64,000 bases of DNA, from the IMG/VR virus record IMGVR_UViG_3300028608_000006, positions 167,789 through 231,788 of that record. The stretch is one strand, 5' to 3'. The notes under the pieces are model-generated. The model saw nothing but the letters and a program-made list of their open reading frames with translations. It was not told the DNA's origin and did no database searches. Made by a program: the position numbers and the translations under genes. This document shows positions 57,307 to 64,000 of this stretch, piece by piece (position 1 is the first letter of the stretch; every line of letters begins with the position of its first letter).

Positions 57307-57654
57307 TTAATCGAGTTTAATCTTCAGCTTACGGACAACGTGGAACCAGAGATGGTTTCCCTCGTTAGCCTTGATCTCCACATCCTCATCCGTGATCTTC
57401 AGGATCTCTCCAATAGTGAAGTGCTGGATAAATCCCTCTTCATCCGTGTGAGCCGTGAGTAGCCGCCCTTTGGCATCGCGGAACTCAAACTCCTTAGACA
57501 GTGGCTTGCGTGGATCCACCTGAAGCACCCAACGTTCCTTAACGGTTTCGTCGAGTACCTCAAGTTGGAAGCTCGGGCTCCTTCTGTCTTGTTCAACACG
57601 GAACGGAAGCACGTAGTAGCCTTCCGGTCCTTTGCTCAGCGTAAACGTTTCCAT
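57307..57654 (-). CDS. Small all-beta hypothetical protein, paralog of 56968-57294
   Basis: Shared motifs GYYV, WxLQVxP, DxxGRxL and WF. Confidence 0.65.
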   Translation of the reverse strand: METFTLSKGPEGYYVLPFRVEQDRRSPSFQLEVLDETVKERWVLQVDPRKPLSKEFEFRDAKGRLLTAHTDEEGFIQHFTIGEILKITDEDVEIKANEGNHLWFHVVRKLKIKLD

Positions 57655-57656
57655 GG

Positions 57657-58022
57657 CTATTCCTTGATGCCATAAACGTGATAGAAGAACTCAGGGGTCG
57701 TAATGATCTCTGGGTTTTCAAAGCACGTGTGGGTCTCAATGAACTCTAACATCTGTTTCATCTGTCCCGGGCATTGCAGGCGAAAGACAAACCGCTCGCG
57801 GTTAAACGTTGTTGCAATTTTGAAATCATCCAGCACCGTCAAGTGATCGGGGTGTTGGATCGGTGTGTCGCCGACCGGATAAATACGAATGCATTCTTCC
57901 AGGAAGTCGGCGGAGTAATGGCTTTCAATCGCGAACTCCAAACGACTTGGAGTGTGGACAAAGATATGAACCCCCTCGTCCGGGTTATGCAGAATTGTGC
58001 GCTTGATGTTTCTCATGTCCAC
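57657..58022 (-). CDS. Small hypothetical protein
   Basis: 121 aa, 1 nt after the DNA polymerase stop. Confidence 0.6.
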   Translation of the reverse strand: MDMRNIKRTILHNPDEGVHIFVHTPSRLEFAIESHYSADFLEECIRIYPVGDTPIQHPDHLTVLDDFKIATTFNRERFVFRLQCPGQMKQMLEFIETHTCFENPEIITTPEFFYHVYGIKE

Positions 58023-58023
58023 C

Positions 58024-60102
58024 TCAGTGTTCGTCGGATACCAAACGAGATGTCTTGGAGTTCATGATGAACAGACCCAAGGTTTCCAGAATGGCGTACA
58101 CAGACTTCAAGTTCTGGCTGATCAACAGACGCACGTCCACGATCGGCATGACCTCTTTCGGGATACCACCCATGCCAGTGATCATGTCCACCGGGATGTA
58201 CAACGAGGTCAAGTTATCACGCCCGCTGATGTACTGCTCCAGATTCGCCACAATGTGGTTAGTCCGGTGCTCATCAAAGAACGCTTTGATCTTGGTCTTG
58301 TTGTTCAGGGCCAAGTTGACCTTGTACGCCTTATAAGGCAGAACCGGTGCTTTACCGTATTTGTCAGCGAAGACCTTTTCCCACATTTCGTGGTAGTAGT
58401 AGATCGAAGAGTCAGGATTGGTGTAGGAGTCCTGATCCTTGATACCGTTCTTCGTCAACCAGCCCCAGCCGCCTTCCTCGATGTCCTTGATGAGGTCGCG
58501 TTCGATGTTCCCTACCTCGTGTAGCAGAGAAGGTGCATCGAGCTGTGAGCGGCCGTACAGGGCGTCCAGGATCTTGCGCATGAGTTTGGTGGTAAAGTCC
58601 CGAACCAACAGGGCAATCTTCACGCCCCGTAAGTGAACCCCTTTCAACTCAAGGTCGGCGTGATCGTTGAGGATGCCTTCCACCATGAGTTGCAGCGCAT
58701 AGTAGTGTTTCGACATCGAAGTCGTCACGTACGAACCGAACAGGTATTCGTTCTTCATGTTCAGACGGTGTAGGTACTTCTTCGCCACGTTCATGTTCTT
58801 GCTGAGACGCGCGTGCTGGTCTACGGCAATCGAACGGATGAAGTAGGTCAGTACCCCGTTGAACTTCAGGCCGGTGTCGGCATCACTGGCGTAATCGTCA
58901 ATGATCAAGTCAACGCTGTAAATCGAGGAGTCAGTGTCGGAAGTCAGTACAGACTCACGCACCATCTCTTTTACATCGAACAGACCAGTCGGCGGAATCT
59001 TCGACTTGAGGAAAGCCCGGATAAAGCTATCCCACTTCACTTCCAAACCAATGTGGTAGTTGTTGAGGTGGTTCATTTGCAGCGGGGTGGCTTTCTTACC
59101 CAGCTTGGTGATGCAGAGGATCTTGTAGTCACCGTTGGCTGGCTTGGGGAAGTCAGCAGCGTCAGCGCCTTCAGGGATCTCTGGGATCAAGCACCATTCA
59201 GCGAAGTACTGTTTCATCAGCAATGGGTTAGTGACGTACAACCCACGCAGGTCCATCGAGCACAACAGGATCGTCAGTTCCAGTGGGTCGAGGTCAGCGA
59301 GAAACATTTCAATCGCGCGCAGGTTTGCCGGGCTATCCCAGTAATACTTGGTGCAACGAATTACCATGTCCATCACTTGCGGGACAGTGGCGTAGGACAT
59401 ACGGTATTCGTCGATTACCGACTGGATCAAATCACGGTCAGCATACCGCAGCTGAGCAATGAAGTACTCCATCGTCTTGTTGTACGTCAACAACAGACGG
59501 TTACCGGTGATCAGTCGTTCGTTGGTCAGGTTCGCTGTCGAGGTTACCGCACGGCAGGTACTGGTCAGCGAGGTGTGACCCGACTTGTTGAACAACGGTG
59601 TACCCGAAGACGACATACCACCCGATTGGGCGTTGTTGAAGATCTTCAGGGCGTTCTGGATTTCGTTGAACGCTTTCCAAGCTTCAGAGCCTTTCGGTAC
59701 TTCACCACGTTTGCCTTTATAAAGACGACGGAATTCGATGAAGATCTCCGTACCCGAGGCGTTAACCGATTGCTCTTCCATCGTGTTCTTGTAAGCAACA
59801 AACGACGGAGACAAATGCCAGTTGTTATCTTCCACAGTCTGGAAGAACTCACGCGCTGGCTGGATGACCGGAACCCGATCCCCATGCTTGTTCTTTTGGA
59901 AGACCTTGAACTTGGCTTCCTTAAACCCGTTTTCATTCGGGATGAAGACTTCTTTAATCAGACCGAGGATATAGTCGTAGTCGTACTTGTAAACAAGCGC
60001 CAGATACATAGCGGCTTGTTCGTGATAATGCCTGACGAGGTTACGATCGGAGCTGTAATTGACTTCGACAAAAGGTGATAGGTGGAGAGCTTGAGCGCCC
60101 AT
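58024..60102 (-). CDS. Split family-B DNA polymerase, motif B/C half (phiKZ gp50-like)
   Basis: Motif B-like LKIFNNAQSG and motif C TSDTDS; no exonuclease motifs. Confidence 0.85.
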   Translation of the reverse strand: MGAQALHLSPFVEVNYSSDRNLVRHYHEQAAMYLALVYKYDYDYILGLIKEVFIPNENGFKEAKFKVFQKNKHGDRVPVIQPAREFFQTVEDNNWHLSPSFVAYKNTMEEQSVNASGTEIFIEFRRLYKGKRGEVPKGSEAWKAFNEIQNALKIFNNAQSGGMSSSGTPLFNKSGHTSLTSTCRAVTSTANLTNERLITGNRLLLTYNKTMEYFIAQLRYADRDLIQSVIDEYRMSYATVPQVMDMVIRCTKYYWDSPANLRAIEMFLADLDPLELTILLCSMDLRGLYVTNPLLMKQYFAEWCLIPEIPEGADAADFPKPANGDYKILCITKLGKKATPLQMNHLNNYHIGLEVKWDSFIRAFLKSKIPPTGLFDVKEMVRESVLTSDTDSSIYSVDLIIDDYASDADTGLKFNGVLTYFIRSIAVDQHARLSKNMNVAKKYLHRLNMKNEYLFGSYVTTSMSKHYYALQLMVEGILNDHADLELKGVHLRGVKIALLVRDFTTKLMRKILDALYGRSQLDAPSLLHEVGNIERDLIKDIEEGGWGWLTKNGIKDQDSYTNPDSSIYYYHEMWEKVFADKYGKAPVLPYKAYKVNLALNNKTKIKAFFDEHRTNHIVANLEQYISGRDNLTSLYIPVDMITGMGGIPKEVMPIVDVRLLISQNLKSVYAILETLGLFIMNSKTSRLVSDEH

Positions 60103-60163
60103 ATCGACTCACTTGATCCGGTAGCGTTAGAAATAAAAGACGCAGGCAAAAAAGAAAAGAAGG

Positions 60164-60195
60164 TACTACGCGTCCTAATAATAGGGCGCGTAGTA
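60164..60195 (-). terminator. Intrinsic terminator
   Basis: 14-bp stem tactacgcgtccta / tagggcgcgtagta with a T-rich tract on the minus strand. Confidence 0.7.
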
Positions 60196-60208
60196 TTTGG
60201 TTAGAACT

Positions 60209-60628
60209 TTACTCGTCTTTCACGTTCAGGGTGTACGTCGCACCGAGGTTGGCCAAGAAGGTCTTGATCGGTGCACGGAATTCTTCACGGAAGTTCGTGA
60301 TCTGGAGCGTGGCAATGCGGCCGTCCACAATCCGCCACGAGGACTCTTGGATCCAAGGGATACCAATGACCTCGATTCTGCCGTTGGCCCACTGGACCGC
60401 CATGTAGTTGTACTTGGACGGATCGTTGACAAAGCCAACCTTCTCATCGAAGTACGGGAACAGGGCAGTGTGCTTGAGAACCAGTTGCGGTTCCATCAAC
60501 ATGGCGGCTTGGTAATTGATGTCGCTGGCAATTACCGTAACCTGTACCCGTTCGTCGCCGTTGACGCCGTTTACCATTAACTGGAAACTGACTTTGTCAC
60601 CGCTCTTGGGGTTAATAATGTCGGGCAT
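60209..60628 (-). CDS. Conserved small protein upstream of the DNA polymerase (gp49-like position)
   Basis: 139 aa, strong codon bias, SH3-like beta N-terminus. Confidence 0.55.
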   Translation of the reverse strand: MPDIINPKSGDKVSFQLMVNGVNGDERVQVTVIASDINYQAAMLMEPQLVLKHTALFPYFDEKVGFVNDPSKYNYMAVQWANGRIEVIGIPWIQESSWRIVDGRIATLQITNFREEFRAPIKTFLANLGATYTLNVKDE

Positions 60629-60641
60629 CGGGGTGGAACTC

Positions 60642-60962
60642 CTAGTAGTCGATTTCGAGAAGGATCAAAGGCAGGATGAAATGCCGCTTACCGTTGTTCA
60701 CTACATGACCTGGAGAACGAGTCACCAGAATGTTGTTGATGTTACCGAACGTGTGGCGGCGTAGCAGGATATCGGTGAGGACAGCGTCCGACGCGTACGA
60801 ATCTGCATCCATCAAGTCTTCAACGTGTTGATCGATCACTTCCCTGAAATACTCAAACGTCATATTGGGAAGTGGACTATCTCTATCGTCTTGACCGTAA
60901 TGGGTGGTCAGGTGTTCGGCCAGCTCATCGTAATCCACGCCCACAATATGTGTTAGTTTCAT
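60642..60962 (-). CDS. Small hypothetical protein (array)
   Basis: 106 aa. Confidence 0.6.
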   Translation of the reverse strand: MKLTHIVGVDYDELAEHLTTHYGQDDRDSPLPNMTFEYFREVIDQHVEDLMDADSYASDAVLTDILLRRHTFGNINNILVTRSPGHVVNNGKRHFILPLILLEIDY

Positions 60963-60966
60963 AGGA

Positions 60967-61263
60967 CTACTCGAAATATTCGAAGATAAACGTAACCGTG
61001 GTGTTTTGCACCCGGGTGGTTCTCAGCACAAACTTTTTGAACTGCATCATGGCGCCTTGCAGAATCATCATCGTCTCAAAGAATTCCTTCTTCAGCCGCT
61101 CGTTCTCTTCCGGGATAGGATGTGTGAACCCCATCGTCGATGCGGGAAAGGGATCATCGATCGGGATGTTCATAGTAGCAAACAGTGAGTGATACTGACT
61201 AACCAGCTCCTGGACATCCGTTACCGGAGGCACCCGCACCGTGTGCGAAAAGAACTTGCTCAT
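60967..61263 (-). CDS. Small hypothetical protein (array)
   Basis: 98 aa. Confidence 0.6.
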   Translation of the reverse strand: MSKFFSHTVRVPPVTDVQELVSQYHSLFATMNIPIDDPFPASTMGFTHPIPEENERLKKEFFETMMILQGAMMQFKKFVLRTTRVQNTTVTFIFEYFE

Positions 61264-61576
61264 CTTCTATCTCCAGTAGAATTACGTAAGGCATGACGTC
61301 CCAGCGGATTAACCGACCGGCAACGACGTAGGCTCTGACTTGGTTTCCGATCTCGGTCATGGCCGCGCTGGCTTCCAGATAAAGCATCTGTGCAATCAGC
61401 GGATCCAAATCCAGTTCGGAGAAAATGTACTCGATGGTCAGATCACCTCGGTAGTCATTCGCCTTCCATACTTGGATAAGCGAGAACAGTACCGTAACAA
61501 ATTCATCGGGACCAAATTCCAGCCGTTTAAAAATCTCCGGCAATTTCCCCAGAGGTATCGATACCATCCTGCTCAT
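61199..61576 (-). CDS. Small hypothetical protein (array)
   Basis: Start revised to ATG at 61576 (SD GGGAG). Confidence 0.6.
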   Translation of the reverse strand: MSRMVSIPLGKLPEIFKRLEFGPDEFVTVLFSLIQVWKANDYRGDLTIEYIFSELDLDPLIAQMLYLEASAAMTEIGNQVRAYVVAGRLIRWDVMPYVILLEIEDEQVLFAHGAGASGNGCPGAG

Positions 61577-62015
61577 GATCAAACTCCCGAGGGTCAAGCC
61601 CAATCAAGACATTACACGTTGGCAAAAGCCGGTAAGCAAAGCGATGTTCAATATTGGATCTCGGCAGTATAGAGATAACTTTGGTGTTGAGTGCCGATAC
61701 AATATCCTGAATGATCTCGTCACGATCTTCAGCTAACGTATACTTCTTAGCCAGGTGAGTAGAGTACCGTGCATCACCCGGCTGGTGGGTTATTCGCGCA
61801 TCCCCCAGAAAGACCCCTTGGCTGCCAGCGAAAGTATCCACTGCCATCTGCAACATACCGACAGCCATTTCGTTGTAGCGATCAAACCCCGGTGGTATAC
61901 CGGTACTAGCGCCGCTGACCTCGGTTCGAATCCGAGACAACAAATCGCCCGCCTCGATCTGAAAGTAACGGAGTTCGGGGCTTAAGTTGGCGAGAAAACT
62001 CTCGATCGAATTCAT
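61527..62015 (-). CDS. Small hypothetical protein (array)
   Basis: 162 aa; SD GGAG 7 nt upstream. Confidence 0.6.
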   Translation of the reverse strand: MNSIESFLANLSPELRYFQIEAGDLLSRIRTEVSGASTGIPPGFDRYNEMAVGMLQMAVDTFAGSQGVFLGDARITHQPGDARYSTHLAKKYTLAEDRDEIIQDIVSALNTKVISILPRSNIEHRFAYRLLPTCNVLIGLDPREFDHEQDGIDTSGEIAGDF

Positions 62016-62460
62016 TCAACAGCTCCGGATTCGGATTATCTGAAACGACGTCAGTAATCTCCGGACGTCTTGCTCTGGTGTGGACCTTCCGCACTGACTT
62101 CGCTTCGGCTAGGACTGTAGCGTCCAGATCCATTTGCACAGTAATACGGTGGAAGGTGTTAGACAGCTTCTTGCTTTCCAGCTTGATCTTCAGCCGAGGA
62201 TCCCAACCCATACGCGCCATGTCTGCCTTGATCTGTTTGACCAAGTTCATGACGGTCTCATCTACGCGTGGCAAACCCATCTCCAACTCGTAGACTTCTG
62301 CCAACCCTTCAAACATTTCCGAATGGGTGGCTTTGGGAAAGTTGATCACCTCAACAGCGGCTTCGATTAAACGTTCGGCAACGACCTCTTTTGCACTGGT
62401 GTGCTGGTCTCCCAGGAAAATCAAATCCCGAGCCATTTGTTTAACGTCAAACACTGACAT
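61906..62460 (-). CDS. Small hypothetical protein (array)
   Basis: 184 aa; strong SD GGAGGAGGT. Confidence 0.65.
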   Translation of the reverse strand: MSVFDVKQMARDLIFLGDQHTSAKEVVAERLIEAAVEVINFPKATHSEMFEGLAEVYELEMGLPRVDETVMNLVKQIKADMARMGWDPRLKIKLESKKLSNTFHRITVQMDLDATVLAEAKSVRKVHTRARRPEITDVVSDNPNPELLNEFDREFSRQLKPRTPLLSDRGGRFVVSDSNRGQRR

Positions 62461-62476
62461 ACCTCCTCCCCTAGCT

Positions 62477-62773
62477 TTAATAAATAAACGTCAACAACAA
62501 CCGTTGCGATTTACCGCCCATGCGTTTCATATCAACACGCGCACTGGCAGGTACACCCAGGGTCGCCTGAGTCAACGTTTCGTTAAGCAATGGGATAGTC
62601 CCAAAGCGGAAAGGCAACACTTCAGAGTACTCGTTCAGGTTGTTATACCCCAAATCGATCAGTACCTGAGAAACCTCGTAAGGTCCTATTGCCCTCTGTA
62701 AGATCTTTTCTCCTCCAGCAATAGGTCTGCATAGGGAGAACGGCGTTAAGTCGATAGAGAAGCTCTTAGACAC
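62477..62773 (-). CDS. Small hypothetical protein (array)
   Basis: Start revised to GTG at 62773 (SD AGAGGG); 98 aa. Confidence 0.55.
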   Translation of the reverse strand: MSKSFSIDLTPFSLCRPIAGGEKILQRAIGPYEVSQVLIDLGYNNLNEYSEVLPFRFGTIPLLNETLTQATLGVPASARVDMKRMGGKSQRLLLTFIY

Positions 62774-62860
62774 GTTGTAGCCCTCTTGTAAGCGGTCATG
62801 GCTATAAATATGTCCTTGGCAGTAAGAAACCAGTCTACAAATAAAGACGGACATAAGGGG

Positions 62861-62898
62861 CTATAAGCAGGGAGAGCATGTGCTCTCCCTGCTTATAG
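62861..62898 (-). terminator. Terminator hairpin after phuZ
   Basis: Perfect 17-bp stem ctataagcagggagagc / gctctccctgcttatag. Confidence 0.8.
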
Positions 62899-62910
62899 TT
62901 AACCTGGGTG

Positions 62911-63906
62911 TTACATGATCATGCCGTTGGCATCAGCGCCGTTCGACACGTCTTTCTGCTTCACGAAGGTAGTCGCTACTTCGGCCTTGTGGTCGTCGAG
63001 CTTCTGCATTTCTTCTTCCAGCTTGGCCAGAGCTTCACCGTGGTCCAGGACCATGTGCAGTTGGGTCATGCCTTTCGGAAGTGGAACGCCTTCCGCGAAG
63101 ACGCCGGTGGTACGGTAGCTGGTGCCTTCGAACACAGGGATAACAGCATCGCTGGATTCGAACAGGCTGGCCACTGCAACCGGGATCTTGCCTTTGTGGT
63201 TCTTGCAGGTGTCCTGGTCGTAGAAGGTCACTTCCGAGAGTGCCGGCGGAATGCTGGAGTGCTCGGAGTAACGCAGGTAGTTGGCGATGTCTGCGTAGTC
63301 CATTTCCTCGTTGGCTTCGGTGAGGAACAGGGACAGCAGGTTCAGGCGCTCAACGACTTCTTCGTTGACTTCGCCACGGGTCTTCTCGGCCGTGTTGATG
63401 TTGTGCAGGTAGATCACCGGCGCATTCAACTGGGACGGCAGGGTTTGGTTGGCCAGGGAGCGCAGGGAGCCGACGGAGTTTTCCTTTTCCTTGGTGGAAG
63501 TGAAGTCCGAGATTTCGCACAGCACAACCGGCAGACCCATCTTGATCAGCGCACGCGCCATCAGGACAGCCATCATGGAACCAGTACCGCCAGCGGTGTT
63601 GCTAACCACAACGTTGAACGAAGTTGGTTTGTGCTTGGCCAGAACGGCGTTGATGAAAGGAACGGCTTTCTCGTAGTTGGTCGCTTTGACCTTACCCGAG
63701 CCACGAGCCATTTCGTCGGCGGAGCCAGCAGCGTGGATACGTTCGATCGGGAACAGGTCGCCAGCGGTGTTAGCGCCGGACGCATCGAGGCCGATCATGA
63801 TGGCGTTTTTGTTGCCAGGAGTACGGGCGTTTGCTTTCAGAGCTTTACCGATGTTGACGCCAGTGCCACCGCAGAGGTAATAAGTAATACCGGAAACAGT
63901 TGTCAT
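62911..63906 (-). CDS. phuZ: PhuZ phage tubulin
   Basis: CGGTGVNIG, GLDAS, GSGK and the AGGTGS tubulin signature; acidic/hydrophobic tail ending DANGMIM. Confidence 0.95.
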   Translation of the reverse strand: MTTVSGITYYLCGGTGVNIGKALKANARTPGNKNAIMIGLDASGANTAGDLFPIERIHAAGSADEMARGSGKVKATNYEKAVPFINAVLAKHKPTSFNVVVSNTAGGTGSMMAVLMARALIKMGLPVVLCEISDFTSTKEKENSVGSLRSLANQTLPSQLNAPVIYLHNINTAEKTRGEVNEEVVERLNLLSLFLTEANEEMDYADIANYLRYSEHSSIPPALSEVTFYDQDTCKNHKGKIPVAVASLFESSDAVIPVFEGTSYRTTGVFAEGVPLPKGMTQLHMVLDHGEALAKLEEEMQKLDDHKAEVATTFVKQKDVSNGADANGMIM

Positions 63907-63962
63907 GTGTTTATCTCTTCAGTGTGGAAAATTTGGAACAACCTTAATTGGTTATCCCACAA

Positions 63963-63970
63963 GTAATATA
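63963..63970 (-). promoter_or_regulatory. phiKZ-type early promoter core TATATTAC
   Basis: Exact match to the phiKZ early consensus, 57 nt upstream of phuZ. Confidence 0.75.
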
Positions 63971-64000
63971 GGGGTGAAATTCTCTTGCCCCCCCCCCTTA

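Noticed and set aside
63988-63997. Poly-C run at the window edge
   Set aside because: No context; may be a homopolymer or assembly artefact.
1-64000. CRISPR array, tRNA, rRNA or alternative genetic code
   Set aside because: No regular repeat-spacer units or cloverleafs were noticed, and core genes read through fully in the standard code. A tRNAscan run would confirm.

Overview
A 64-kb, gene-dense segment of a phiKZ-related, nucleus-forming jumbo phage (Chimalliviridae), mostly on the minus strand. Right to left it carries: PhuZ tubulin; an array of small unknown genes; the C-terminal half of the split family-B DNA polymerase; chimallin (ChmA); three non-virion RNA polymerase beta/beta' parts and the sigma-like subunit; an Mre11/SbcD nuclease; ChmC- and PicA-like genes; an SF2 helicase with an intein; a truncated free-standing HNH gene; the virion RNAP beta' middle subunit; the exonuclease half of the DNA polymerase; and a head, baseplate and neck structural cluster. 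Catalytic-motif calls come from the translations. phiKZ gp-number assignments come from recalled synteny and need a database check. The most promising possibly undescribed feature is a likely programmed -1 ribosomal frameshift: a T-TTT-TTT heptamer at 27743-27749 fuses the 574-aa ORF to an open -1 frame that has no start codon until 27545, giving a lambda G/GT-like tail-chaperone pair. Other leads: an M48/HtpX-like membrane zinc protease in the head cluster with a predicted prohead-protease site; an Ala-start class 3 intein; a Met/Asn/Gln-rich prion-like tail; and a G-x-E-processed head-cargo paralog family. I saw no tRNA, rRNA or CRISPR array.
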